A DNA stretch of 64,000 nucleotides from Bacteroidales bacterium (GTDB lineage: Bacteria; Bacteroidota; Bacteroidia; Bacteroidales; GCA-2748055): assembly GCA_021740585.1 (NCBI GenBank), contig JAIOZM010000001.1, forward strand, positions 43,747 through 107,746. The letters are read 5' to 3'. Within the stretch, counting starts at the first letter, position 1. Each line of letters begins with the position of its first letter. Made by a program: the position numbers and the translations under genes. Below, one piece after another: positions 47,688 through 57,502 of this stretch. A model generated the notes under the pieces. It saw only the letters and a list, made by a program, of their open reading frames with translations, was not told where the DNA came from and made no database searches.

Positions 47688-48209
47688 ATGATTAATATGA
47701 AAAAAAGATACAACAGGAAATCGATGAGACTAAAAGGATATGATTACAGATCCCCAGGATTTTATTTCATTACCATTTGCACAAAAAACCGCAGACAATT
47801 TTTCGGCCATATCAAAGATGAGAAAATGCATTTATCAAAAATTGGATTATTGGCCGATAAATTCTTTCGGGAAATCCCCGATCATTTTCCAAATGCACAA
47901 TTGGGAGAATATGTGGTGATGCCGGATCATGTGCATGGGATTGTGGAATTATTGGATATTGCTTGTAGGGCCGTTGCATGCAACGGCCCTACAGCAATAT
48001 CCCATTCCTCAATATCCCCAAAATCCGGATCCCTATCCGCCCTGATCCGATCCTATAAATCGGCAGTAACCAAAGATTCTCGGCCATTTGAGCCGCAATT
48101 TGAATGGCAGGAAAGATTTCATGACCGAATTGTTAGAATAAGTGATCCGGGTCATAAATACCGAATAGCTCAGTATATTATAAATAATCCAAAAAATTGG
48201 AGAAAATGA
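47688..48209 (+). CDS. REP-associated tyrosine transposase (RAYT, IS200/IS605 Y1 family)
   Basis: RLKGYDYRSPGFYFITICTKNR, the HUH motif VVMPDHVHGIV, and the C-terminal ERFHDRIVR...YRIAQYIINNPKNW containing the catalytic Tyr context. Confidence 0.8.
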   Translation: MINMKKRYNRKSMRLKGYDYRSPGFYFITICTKNRRQFFGHIKDEKMHLSKIGLLADKFFREIPDHFPNAQLGEYVVMPDHVHGIVELLDIACRAVACNGPTAISHSSISPKSGSLSALIRSYKSAVTKDSRPFEPQFEWQERFHDRIVRISDPGHKYRIAQYIINNPKNWRK

Positions 48210-48249
48210 TTTTATTGAGACGTTGCATACAACGTCCCAACAAAATAAA

Positions 48250-48281
48250 TTTGCACACCAAATTCTAAAAACCTACCTTTG
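48250..48281 (+). promoter_or_regulatory. Bacteroidota-type promoter for rpsP-rimM
   Basis: TTTG (48250-48253), then 20 nt, then TACCTTTG (48274-48281), ending 45 nt upstream of the ATG. Confidence 0.55.
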
Positions 48282-48326
48282 CGTCCTCTTTGAAATAAAG
48301 TAAGTTAATTTAAAATTAAAAATGAG

Positions 48327-49037
48327 ATGCCTGTAAAAATCAGAATGACAAGACAAGGGCGTAAGAGAAAGCCCTTTTATCACATTGTAGTTGCTGATAG
48401 CAGAGCGCCACGAGATGGTAGACAAATCGACCAATTAGGGTCCTACAATCCAAACACCAATCCTGCAACCATCGAATTAGATTTCGAGAAAGCATTGGAG
48501 TGGTTACAAAAAGGCGCTCAACCTACAGATACCTGTAGAGCTATTTTATCTTACAAAGGTGTATTAATGAAAAAACACCTTCTTGAAGGCGCAAAAAAAG
48601 GTGCCTTTACAGAAGAAGAAGCCGAAGCACGTTTCCAAAATTGGTTAACTGAGAAAGAATCTGGTATTCAAGCCAAGAAAGAATCAATAGCCAGAAAAAT
48701 TGCAGACGCTGAAAAAGCTGCTCTGGCAAGAGAAACTGAAATTAATCTGGCTCGTGCAGCTGCGATTGAGAAGAAGAAGCAAGCTGTAATTGAAGCTGCT
48801 AATGCTCCTGCTGAAGAAGAAGCTGAAGAAGTTGAAGTTGCTGAAGAAGCTCCTGTTGCTGAAGTTACTGAAGAAGCTCCTGTTGCTGAAGTTGCTGAAG
48901 AAGCTCCTGTTGCTGAAGTTGCTGAAGAAGCTCCTGTTGCTGAAGTTGTAGAAGAAGCACCTGCTGCTGAGGTAGTTGAAGAAGCTCCTGTAGCTGAAGC
49001 TCCGGCAGAAGAAGAAAAGAAAGATTCTGACGCATAA
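48327..49037 (+). CDS. rpsP: 30S ribosomal protein S16 with long repetitive acidic C-terminal extension
   Basis: N-terminal [32 protein letters not shown] is canonical S16. Residues ~90-236 form a helical K/E/A region plus EEAPVAEV(A/T/V) repeats. Confidence 0.95.
   Translation: MPVKIRMTRQGRKRKPFYHIVVADSRAPRDGRQIDQLGSYNPNTNPATIELDFEKALEWLQKGAQPTDTCRAILSYKGVLMKKHLLEGAKKGAFTEEEAEARFQNWLTEKESGIQAKKESIARKIADAEKAALARETEINLARAAAIEKKKQAVIEAANAPAEEEAEEVEVAEEAPVAEVTEEAPVAEVAEEAPVAEVAEEAPVAEVVEEAPAAEVVEEAPVAEAPAEEEKKDSDA
48840..49001 (+). repeat. Six in-frame 27-bp tandem repeats inside rpsP
   Basis: Units begin at 48840, 48867, 48894, 48921, 48948 and 48975 (gctgaagaagctcctgttgctgaagtt). Units 1-4 are nearly identical; units 5-6 have diverged. 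Confidence 0.9.
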
Positions 49038-49043
49038 TATTGA

Positions 49044-49550
49044 ATGATCAGAGAAGAATGTTCGGAGATAGGATTTATTGCTAAACCTCACGGAATAGAG
49101 GGAAACCTTATCGTAAGGCTGAACGGAAACTTTGCTGATGAAATTGAACCCGGGGAACCATTGTTCGTTGAGCACGACGGAACATTGGTGCCCTTTTTTA
49201 TTTTAGAAATAAGCCCTTTAGAGAATCGTGCAATTGTTAAACTTGAGTTTGTTAACTCAGAACCAGAAGCGAAAAAGCTCGTTTCCAGAAAAGTATTTGC
49301 TAAAATCGATTTTTCAGATATCGGTCAGGCAGATGCTTCATTTTTTGAATCTTTCCGCATTTTTGATAAAAACTCAAACCGGGAAGGAATTATTTTGGAA
49401 TATATTTCAGAAGAACGAAATCCTTTATACAGAACCGAATTTGACAGCAAGGAGCTGCTGATTCCTGCTACATCTGATTTTATTGTCTCCGTCGATAAAG
49501 AAAGAAAAATTGTATACATGAACCTTCCCTCAGGTTTGTTAGATATTTAA
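49044..49550 (+). CDS. rimM: 16S rRNA processing protein RimM
   Basis: 168 aa lying directly after rpsP. GFIAKPHGIEGNLIV and the PRC-barrel C-terminus fit RimM. Confidence 0.85.
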   Translation: MIREECSEIGFIAKPHGIEGNLIVRLNGNFADEIEPGEPLFVEHDGTLVPFFILEISPLENRAIVKLEFVNSEPEAKKLVSRKVFAKIDFSDIGQADASFFESFRIFDKNSNREGIILEYISEERNPLYRTEFDSKELLIPATSDFIVSVDKERKIVYMNLPSGLLDI

Positions 49551-49669
49551 TTTTCTCCATCCTTTCTCCCGAAAACTTCATACAATATTTTCTTTACTTC
49601 ATTCTACATTCAAAGATTAATCCCAAGAGGTAATAATTTTACTTATCTTGCAAAATAAATAATACAGAT

Positions 49670-51853
49670 ATGGCCCGAAAAGGTAAAAACAAAAAAAGGG
49701 AAAGAACGTATTCCCGAAATGAATTGATTAATAAATGTTTGGGTATTTTCTCAAGTGAGCCTACTAAAACATTCAACTATAAACAGTTGTCGAAAATACT
49801 TGAGATAAAAAATGATCCTGAGCGCCAATTGGTTGTGAGGATACTACGCGATTTGAAAGATAATGATCATCTGGAAGAAATGAGTCCGGGAAAATACCGC
49901 CTAAAATCCAGAGCGGGCTATGTTGTCGGGAAAATAGATATTGCCCAGGCCGGCTATGGATTCCTTGTTAGTGAGGATATGGATGAGGATATTATGATTC
50001 CCAGAAATCTGCTACATACAGCACTCGATGGCGATACGGTAAAGGTTTATGTGTACCCTGTGCGAAAAAAGAGGGGCAGACCTGAGGGTGAAGTGGTGCA
50101 GATACTTGAACGCTCGAGGACCAATTTTGTGGGAACCATCGAAATATCTGATCAGTTTGCGTTTCTGATTATCGACAGTAAAAAAATGCCTTACGATTTA
50201 TTTATTCCTCTCGAGAAATTGAAAGGAGCGAAAAATGGACAGAAAGCAATTGCCCGGATAACTTCCTGGCCAGAAAAAGTGAAAAATCCCTTTGGTGAAG
50301 TCGTTGAAGTTTTGGGTAATCCGGGAGAAAACGATGTGGAAATGCACGCTATTCTTGCAGAATTTGATTTACCCAATCATTTTCCGGATGAGATAAATGC
50401 TGCAGCTGAATTGATCAGTGACAAAATTACTTCGGAAGATATTGCAGAAAGACGCGATTTCAGAGGAGTGCCTACTTTCACCATCGACCCTCACGATGCC
50501 AAAGATTTTGATGATGCCCTTTCAATAAAGAAATTAAAAAATGGCAATTATGAAGTGGGAGTGCATATTGCAGATGTAACCCATTATGTTAAGACAAACT
50601 CCGACATAGAGGATGAGGCTTTTGAACGGGCAACTTCTGTTTATCTGGTCGACAGAGTTGTTCCCATGCTTCCTGAAAGATTGTCAAATTATATTTGTTC
50701 CTTACGTCCAAATGAAGAAAAGCTTTGTTTTTCGGCTGTTTTTGAAATAAATGAAGAGGCCGTTGTTATTAATGAATGGATTGGTCGCACCATTATTTTA
50801 TCAGATCAGCGATATAGCTACGAAGAAGCTCAGAAAATTATTGAGGGTGGAGAGGGGAAATTGAAGAATGAGATTCTTATACTTCATAAGTTAGCCCAGA
50901 TTTTAAGAGGGAAACGATATCAGAAAGGTGCCATTTCATTCGATAGTATTGAAGTGAAATTCAATCTGGATGACAAGGGGAAACCTATTGGCGTGTATTT
51001 CAAGGAACAGAAAGAATCCAATCAGCTTATTGAAGAATTTATGCTTCTTGCCAACAGAACAACGGCAGAATTCGTACATAACAAGGGTAAGTATATTCAG
51101 GAAAGGAAAGTGTCACAAACCGATTATGGAAAACCAAAAACCTTTGTATATAGAATTCATGCTGAACCAAATCCTGAGAAACTGGAAACTTTTAACCGGT
51201 TTATTTCAAAATTCGGACATAGCATTGAACTGGCAGCGGGAGTGAAAATGTCAAAATCTATTAATAAACTATTAGATAAGGTTGAAGGATCACCGGAACA
51301 ACATCTCATCGAAACTCTGGCGGTGCGGTCAATGGCGAAAGCCAAGTATTCAACAGATAATATCGGGCATTATGGTCTCGCTTTCCCCTTTTATACCCAT
51401 TTTACCTCCCCAATCAGGCGTTATCCCGACATGATGGTTCACAGAATGCTGGCTTCATATCTGGCAAAAGGGGAATCGAAGAATAAGAAAAAATACGAGC
51501 AAAAATGCTTGCATAGTTCGGAAATGGAAAAAAGAGCCATGGACGCAGAACGTGCCTCTGTGAAATATAAACAGGCCGAATTTATGCAGGATAAAGTAGG
51601 CAGGGAATTCGATGCCATTATTTCCGGCTTAACAGAATGGGGGATTTATGCTGAGATTATTGAGAATAAATGCGAAGGAATGATTTCTGTTCAAAGTCTG
51701 CAGGACGATTTTTACGAATTTGATGAAGATAATTATCAGCTCAAAGGAAGAAATACCCGGAAAGTTTTTCAGCTTGGAGATCCCATTAAAATTGAAGTAA
51801 GATCTGTGAATCTTGCTAAAAGACTGATAGATTACTCCTTGGCGGAGGATTGA
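49670..51853 (+). CDS. rnr: Ribonuclease R
   Basis: 727 aa. Contains the RNB domain (TIDPHDAKDFDDALS, HIADVTHYV, YLVDRVVPMLPE, HYGLAFPFYTHFTSPIRRYPD) and a C-terminal S1 domain. Confidence 0.95.
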   Translation: MARKGKNKKRERTYSRNELINKCLGIFSSEPTKTFNYKQLSKILEIKNDPERQLVVRILRDLKDNDHLEEMSPGKYRLKSRAGYVVGKIDIAQAGYGFLVSEDMDEDIMIPRNLLHTALDGDTVKVYVYPVRKKRGRPEGEVVQILERSRTNFVGTIEISDQFAFLIIDSKKMPYDLFIPLEKLKGAKNGQKAIARITSWPEKVKNPFGEVVEVLGNPGENDVEMHAILAEFDLPNHFPDEINAAAELISDKITSEDIAERRDFRGVPTFTIDPHDAKDFDDALSIKKLKNGNYEVGVHIADVTHYVKTNSDIEDEAFERATSVYLVDRVVPMLPERLSNYICSLRPNEEKLCFSAVFEINEEAVVINEWIGRTIILSDQRYSYEEAQKIIEGGEGKLKNEILILHKLAQILRGKRYQKGAISFDSIEVKFNLDDKGKPIGVYFKEQKESNQLIEEFMLLANRTTAEFVHNKGKYIQERKVSQTDYGKPKTFVYRIHAEPNPEKLETFNRFISKFGHSIELAAGVKMSKSINKLLDKVEGSPEQHLIETLAVRSMAKAKYSTDNIGHYGLAFPFYTHFTSPIRRYPDMMVHRMLASYLAKGESKNKKKYEQKCLHSSEMEKRAMDAERASVKYKQAEFMQDKVGREFDAIISGLTEWGIYAEIIENKCEGMISVQSLQDDFYEFDEDNYQLKGRNTRKVFQLGDPIKIEVRSVNLAKRLIDYSLAED

Positions 51854-52208
51854 TATGAAATGAGTTTTGCTCGTCCACCTGCCCCATATCTGTCAGGATT
51901 TACCCCTCCCAAGCTAACCCCCGTCTTTACGAGCGTAGCGAAGCAATCTCATATTTTTACCGGACACTAATGATTTGAAATATTATTAATTACTCAATTC
52001 TCTTAATACAGTTTCGTATTTGCCCTCTGAAGAGCTCAAACAATCAATTGTAATACTTAACTATTTGTTTATTTTCATACAATATTTTCAACTATTTAAA
52101 AATAAAATTAGACTCTCAATATTTTCAACCTTGTTAAGCATCACATAATGAGGATAATAAGTGTTCGAATAATTTTAACGAATTTCAGACCATTTTATTC
52201 GATAAATA

Positions 52209-52240
52209 TTTGGCATTAGAATCTTCGCTGAGTATTTTTG
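52209..52240 (+). promoter_or_regulatory. Bacteroidota-type promoter for the TetR gene
   Basis: TTTG (52209-52212), then 20 nt, then TATTTTTG (52233-52240), ending 36 nt upstream of the ATG. Confidence 0.5.
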
Positions 52241-52276
52241 ATGCTTATTATTTTACGATTTAAATAAATTTAGAAT

Positions 52277-52861
52277 ATGGTTGTTTTAAAGGATCAGGTT
52301 CGGGACGATATAATAAATGTAGCGGCTAAAATTTTTACTCGTTTTGGCTATAAGAAAACTACTATGGAAGAAATTGCGATGGCTTCGCGAAAGGGTAAAA
52401 GCTCCATTTATTATTATTTTAGTTCCAAGGAGGATATTTTCCGTGCAGTTGTGGAGAAGGAGGCAGAGGAGCTTCGAAAGGATCTGAAAGTAGCCATTAA
52501 TGAAATGGATAATCCAATAAGTCAGTTAAAGAATTTCATTCTTTTTAGAATTCAAAAACTCAAAACCCTTAACAATTTTCATGCTGCTTTAAAGTCGGAT
52601 CATTTGGCTCATTTTGAATTTATTGAAAATATCAGAAAAGAATATGATAGGGACGAAATTGAGTTGGTGACCAGAATATTAAAGATAGGTGTTGAAAAGG
52701 AAAAATTTGTTATTGACGATCCCGATCTTGCTGCTGTTGCATTGGTTACAGCTTTGAAAGGATTGGAAATACCCTTATTTATCAATAAAAAACATGGCAG
52801 AATCGAAGACCGGCTGGAAAATTTGATACAATTTTTATTTTATGGATTGATAAAGCGGTAA
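52277..52861 (+). CDS. TetR/AcrR family transcriptional regulator
   Basis: N-terminal HTH: AAKIFTRFGYKKTTMEEIAMASRKGKSSIYYYFSSKEDIF. Confidence 0.85.
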   Translation: MVVLKDQVRDDIINVAAKIFTRFGYKKTTMEEIAMASRKGKSSIYYYFSSKEDIFRAVVEKEAEELRKDLKVAINEMDNPISQLKNFILFRIQKLKTLNNFHAALKSDHLAHFEFIENIRKEYDRDEIELVTRILKIGVEKEKFVIDDPDLAAVALVTALKGLEIPLFINKKHGRIEDRLENLIQFLFYGLIKR

Positions 52862-52900
52862 AGCATAAAAATCCATTTAAATTTAAAATCAACCTTGACC

Positions 52901-53545
52901 CTACTCAGAATCTGCTACGGAGGCTTCTGGAACTTCCTCTGCTTCAGCAAAAAATCGTTTCTGGAAAATTAAAATGCTTAATACCCCAATAGTAATGGAG
53001 GAATCGGCAATGTTAAAGATGGGCCTGAAGAACTCGAATGCATCTCCACCTTTCCATGGAATCCAGTCGGGATAATAGCCCCTTAAAATTGGGAAATAAA
53101 ACATATCCACCACATGACCGTGCATAAAGCTACCGTACCCACCTCCTTTAGGGAACATAGTGGCTGCAGCAAATGGGGTGCTTTCAGAAAAGATATTTCC
53201 ATAAAACACACTGTCAATAATATTCCCCGTAGCGCCGGCAAATATTAATGAAATGGCGACGATAAGCCCGGTAGGGGATTTAATTTTAATAAGATGTTTG
53301 AGATAAAAGGAAATCCCGATTAAGGCGATGATTCTGAAAATGGTTAAAGATAATTTACCATAATTACCCGGTAAATCAAAACCAAAAGCCATACCATCGT
53401 TTTCAATAAATTTAATTATAAACCAATTTCCAAGAACATGAATATCCTGATAAAGAAGCATATTGGTTTTAACAATAATTTTTAATACCTGATCAACTAT
53501 AAGTACAGCTACTATTATTAGAATTGATTTTTTTGTAATGCTCAT
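52901..53545 (-). CDS. lspA: Lipoprotein signal peptidase II
   Basis: Trimmed to ATG 53545 (MSITKKSILIIVAVLIVDQ). Contains ENDGMAFG and FNIADSSITIGV. Confidence 0.9.
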   Translation of the reverse strand: MSITKKSILIIVAVLIVDQVLKIIVKTNMLLYQDIHVLGNWFIIKFIENDGMAFGFDLPGNYGKLSLTIFRIIALIGISFYLKHLIKIKSPTGLIVAISLIFAGATGNIIDSVFYGNIFSESTPFAAATMFPKGGGYGSFMHGHVVDMFYFPILRGYYPDWIPWKGGDAFEFFRPIFNIADSSITIGVLSILIFQKRFFAEAEEVPEASVADSE

Positions 53546-53560
53546 ATTTGTGAAATTAAA

Positions 53561-53611
53561 AAACCGCAAACTTTTAGAAGATTGGCTAACTTCCTGTTAG
53601 TTTTGCGGTTT
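53561..53611 (-). terminator. Hairpin with T tail between the dksA-like gene and lspA (possible partial terminator inside the ileS-dksA-lspA string)
   Basis: aaaccgcaaa (53561-53570) pairs with tttgcggttt (53602-53611). An inner ctaac/gttag hairpin is present. On the minus strand it is followed by TTTAATTTC. It ends 16 nt before the lspA ATG. Confidence 0.55.
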
Positions 53612-53629
53612 GTACTATTCTGTAATGAC

Positions 53630-54010
53630 TTACTTTATACCCATATCTTTTGCTTCAATCGAAAGTGTTGCATGAGGAACAGCGCGAAGTCTTTCCTTTT
53701 GTATAAGCTTCCCTGTTTCACGACAGATGCCGTAAGTTCTGTTCTCAATCCGCACTAAGGCAGCTTGTAAATGTTGTATAAATTTTGACTGACGTTGGGC
53801 AAGCTTGCCTGCCTCTTCTTTTGATAGTGTGGCGGCACCTTCTTCCAGAACTTTAAAAGTCGGTGAAGTATCCTGTGTATCATTATTGTCACTCATAGTG
53901 ACACTACTTTTTAGGATTTCATAATCTTCTTTAGCTTTTTCAAGCTTTTGTAAAATGAGCTCTTTAAACTCCGCCAGCTCTTCATCTGTGTACCTGGTCT
54001 TTTCCTCCAT
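53630..54010 (-). CDS. DksA/TraR-family protein (degenerate zinc finger)
   Basis: Coiled-coil N-terminal half, then RIENRTYGICRETGKLIQKERLRAVPHATLSIEAK. This is the DksA C-terminal pattern, with only one Cys retained. Confidence 0.75.
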   Translation of the reverse strand: MEEKTRYTDEELAEFKELILQKLEKAKEDYEILKSSVTMSDNNDTQDTSPTFKVLEEGAATLSKEEAGKLAQRQSKFIQHLQAALVRIENRTYGICRETGKLIQKERLRAVPHATLSIEAKDMGIK

Positions 54011-54067
54011 GGCTTTAAGTATTAATATTTTCTAAAAATAGCAAAATTTTAATTACAAAAGACTGTT

Positions 54068-57000
54068 TTACGATACTCGTATAATTTTTATTTGCGTTTT
54101 TATTTCATCATCTATTTCCAACTCCTTACTTTCAGGCCCCAGATTATCATATAACTCAATACTTGCAGCTAAAGTTTGAGTTGCTATATAGTCTTTGTGA
54201 ATGGAAATAGCATTATTTATAGCATCATTTTTTTGAATGCTTACTCTGATTTTATCGGTAACGTCGAAATTACTTTCTTTCCTTAAATTCTGAATTCTGT
54301 TCACAAATTCTCTGGCAACTCCTTCATTCCTGAGATTTTCATTTATAGTTATGTCCAGAGCTATGGTTAATTTACCTTCATTAGCTACCAGCCATCCGGG
54401 GATGTCTTCAGAAATGATCTCCACATCGCTAATATCTATAAGGATATCCTCTGAGTTAAGATGGAGTTTCATCTCCTGATTTCTCTCAAATTCCAAAATT
54501 TCTTCCTGACTCATTTTTGTTATTGCAACAGCAATCTCCTTCATCAACTTTCCATATTTTGGACCAAGACTTTTAAAATCAGGTTTAACTTTTTTAACTA
54601 AAACTCCTGCATCTTCTGCAATATATTCAACTTCCTTTACATTAACCTCTGAAAGGATAAGGTTTTTAACCGCATCGAATTTCTTCTCAAATCCCGGTTC
54701 CGGAATAGGAATCATCATTTTCTGAAGAGGTTGTCTTACCTTAATATTTACCTTCCTTCGTAAGCCAAGCACCATCGATGAAGCGGTCTGGGCAATTTGC
54801 ATTCTTTCCTCAAGATTCTTGTCGATAGATTCATCTGAATACGACGGGAAGCTGGCAAGGTGAACCGAACCCTCAGTATGACGATTAGTAGCAAGGTTCA
54901 GGTCGCAGAATAACCTGTCGCTGTAAAATGGAGCAATTGGAGAGGAAAGAATGGCTACTGTTTCAAGACAATAATATAAAGTCTGGTACGCAGATATTTT
55001 ATCTTCATCATATTTGCCACCCCAAAATCTCTTCCTGTTTAGACGTACATACCAGTTACTGAGATTTTCTGTAACGAAATCCTGAATTAACCTGCCTGCA
55101 CGTGTAATTTCATAATTATCGTAATTTTCTTTTACTTCTTTAATCAGGGAATTCAATAAAGAAATTATCCAGCGATCAATCTCCGGTCTGTCTTTTACAG
55201 GGATTTCTTTATCCTTGTATGTAAAACCGTCAATATTTGCATAAAGAGTAAAGAATGAATAGGTATTATAGAGTGTTCCAAAGAATTTTCTTTTTACTTC
55301 ATCGATGCCGGAAAGATCAAATTTCAGATTATCCCAGGGTTGAGCATTGGTTACCAGATACCATCTAAGCGGATCGGTACCATGTTCTTCGATGGTGGTA
55401 AATGGATCGATAGCATTTCCAAGTCGTTTCGACATTTTATTTCCATTCTTATCCAGAACCAGTCCGTTTGAGATAATATTCTTAAAGGAGACCTTATCAA
55501 AAAGCATGGTGGCAATGGCATGAAGGGTAAAGAACCATCCGCGGGTCTGGTCAACACCTTCAGCAATAAATTCAGCAGGAAAAAGTTTATCAAATCCTTC
55601 CTTGTTCTCGAATGGGTAATGCCATTGCGCATAGGGCATGGCTCCGGAATCAAACCAAACATCGATAAGATCAGGTTCTCTGTACAACTTTTTACCATTT
55701 TCTGAAACCAGAATAATGTTATCTACAAAAGGTCTGTGCAAATCAAAACTATCGTAATTTTCTTTGGTATTCACTCCTGCAACATAGTTTGCAAATGGAT
55801 TTTCAGACATAAAACCTGCCTGAACTGATTTTTCCGTTTCGCTTTTTAATTCTTCAACCGATCCAATACATTTGATTTCTTTTTTATCCTCAGAAACCCA
55901 TATCGGTAAAGGGGTTCCCCAATATCTTGATCGTGATAAATTCCAGTCAACCAGATTTTCCAGCCACTTTCCAAAACGACCGGTACCTGTCGATTCAGGT
56001 TTCCAGTTAATGGTTTTATTCAGTTCAATCATTTTATCCTTCATGGCAGTGGTTCTGATAAACCAGGAATCTAAAGGATAGTATAAAATGGGCTTGTCGG
56101 TTCTCCAGCAGTGAGGATAATTATGTACATACTTTTCTATGCGAAAAGCCTGATTATTCAGTTTAAGATAGACTGCAATATCAATATCTGTTGAAGTGGC
56201 ATCAGCCTCAATACTTTCATCATATTCATTTTTAACGAAACGACCTGAAAATTCTTTGTAAGTATCGGGATTTACAAAATCTGTGACGAATTTCTTATCA
56301 AGATCATCTATGGCATAAAAACGTCCTTTTTTATCAACGAGCGGCTGTTTTTTACCTTCAGTATCAACCACAAGTAAAGCCGGAATATCATTTTGATTAG
56401 CCACTCTGTAGTCGTCAGCACCAAAAGTTGGAGCAATGTGAACAATCCCGGTTCCATCTTCTGTAGTAACAAAATCGCCAACTACCACACGAAACGCACC
56501 TTCACCCGGATTAATCCAGTTCAGCAACTGTTCATACTGAATGTCTTTCAAATCACTACCTTTGTACTCACCAATTACCTGAAAAGGAATATTTTTATCC
56601 TTTTCCTTGTAATCTTCAAGACTCAGTCCAGCATTTTTTTCAGGAAAAAAACTGGCTTGCAAATCTTTAGCCAGAATAACTGTTATTGGCTTTGAAGTAT
56701 AAGGATTAAAACTTCTGATTTTTACATATTTTATATCTTTCCCTACCGCAAGTGCAGTATTGGAAGGCAGTGTCCACGGTGTGGTTGTCCATGCAAGAAA
56801 AAACAAATCGGTATCCACATCTTTGAAGAGAAAATCAGATTTCTGATTCCTGATAACTTTAAATTGAGCCACAGCGGTAGTATCTGTAACATCCCTGTAA
56901 CATCCAGGCTGATTCAGTTCGTGTGTGCTAAGTCCGGTACCTGCAGCCGGAGAATAAGGTTGAATAGTATATCCTTTATAGAGAAGATCTTTTTCAAAAA

Positions 57001-57502
57001 ATTGCTTTAACAGCCACCATAAAGTTTCTATATACCTGTTGTCGTAAGTGATGTAAGGGTCTTCCATATTGATCCAGTATCCCATTTTATCGGTAAGATC
57101 CTCCCACTCTTTGGTGTATTTCATTACCTCCTGACGGCACTTATTATTGTATTCTTCAATTGATATTTTTTTTCCGATATCTTCCTTGGTAATACCCTCC
57201 ATTTTTTCAACAGCAAGTTCAACAGGGAGCCCGTGAGTATCCCAACCGGCTTTTCGATCAACCCGATAACCATCCAATGTCTTATACCTACAAACCACAT
57301 CCTTAATGGTTCTCGCCATTACGTGATGAATTCCCGGCTTGCCATTTGCTGAGGGAGGTCCTTCAAAAAAGACAAAATTTTTGCCGCTATTTCTACTGGA
57401 AAGACTTTTCTCAAAGGCATTTTCTTCCTGCCACTTTTTCAGGATTTCCTTATTAATTTTAGAAAGATTAAGATCTTTATATTCAGGGAATTTGGTACTC
57501 AT
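54068..57502 (-). CDS. ileS: Isoleucine--tRNA ligase (type 2, long C-terminus)
   Basis: 1144 aa, with the HIGH motif (PSANGKPGIHHV) and the KMSKS motif (GNKMSKRLGN). Confidence 0.95.
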   Translation of the reverse strand: MSTKFPEYKDLNLSKINKEILKKWQEENAFEKSLSSRNSGKNFVFFEGPPSANGKPGIHHVMARTIKDVVCRYKTLDGYRVDRKAGWDTHGLPVELAVEKMEGITKEDIGKKISIEEYNNKCRQEVMKYTKEWEDLTDKMGYWINMEDPYITYDNRYIETLWWLLKQFFEKDLLYKGYTIQPYSPAAGTGLSTHELNQPGCYRDVTDTTAVAQFKVIRNQKSDFLFKDVDTDLFFLAWTTTPWTLPSNTALAVGKDIKYVKIRSFNPYTSKPITVILAKDLQASFFPEKNAGLSLEDYKEKDKNIPFQVIGEYKGSDLKDIQYEQLLNWINPGEGAFRVVVGDFVTTEDGTGIVHIAPTFGADDYRVANQNDIPALLVVDTEGKKQPLVDKKGRFYAIDDLDKKFVTDFVNPDTYKEFSGRFVKNEYDESIEADATSTDIDIAVYLKLNNQAFRIEKYVHNYPHCWRTDKPILYYPLDSWFIRTTAMKDKMIELNKTINWKPESTGTGRFGKWLENLVDWNLSRSRYWGTPLPIWVSEDKKEIKCIGSVEELKSETEKSVQAGFMSENPFANYVAGVNTKENYDSFDLHRPFVDNIILVSENGKKLYREPDLIDVWFDSGAMPYAQWHYPFENKEGFDKLFPAEFIAEGVDQTRGWFFTLHAIATMLFDKVSFKNIISNGLVLDKNGNKMSKRLGNAIDPFTTIEEHGTDPLRWYLVTNAQPWDNLKFDLSGIDEVKRKFFGTLYNTYSFFTLYANIDGFTYKDKEIPVKDRPEIDRWIISLLNSLIKEVKENYDNYEITRAGRLIQDFVTENLSNWYVRLNRKRFWGGKYDEDKISAYQTLYYCLETVAILSSPIAPFYSDRLFCDLNLATNRHTEGSVHLASFPSYSDESIDKNLEERMQIAQTASSMVLGLRRKVNIKVRQPLQKMMIPIPEPGFEKKFDAVKNLILSEVNVKEVEYIAEDAGVLVKKVKPDFKSLGPKYGKLMKEIAVAITKMSQEEILEFERNQEMKLHLNSEDILIDISDVEIISEDIPGWLVANEGKLTIALDITINENLRNEGVAREFVNRIQNLRKESNFDVTDKIRVSIQKNDAINNAISIHKDYIATQTLAASIELYDNLGPESKELEIDDEIKTQIKIIRVS

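Larger units (their letters stand above)
47444..48236. mobile_element. RAYT/REP unit: palindromic REP-like sequences flanking an IS200-like Y1 transposase gene
   Basis: See the component features below. The cores GACGTTGCATGCAACGTC (47474-47491) and GACGTTGCATACAACGTC (48219-48236) bracket the gene. Confidence 0.65.

Noticed and set aside
48684-49175. 163-aa minus-strand ORF ([17 protein letters not shown]...)
   Set aside because: It is antisense to rpsP/rimM and exists only because the 27-bp repeats lack stops on the opposite strand.
51854-52208. Fragment gtctttacgagcgtagcgaagcaatctc after rnr, resembling a dispersed Bacteroidota repeat, within a ~420-bp non-coding gap
   Set aside because: There is a single copy in this window with no inverted partner, so I cannot support it as a repeat from the sequence available.
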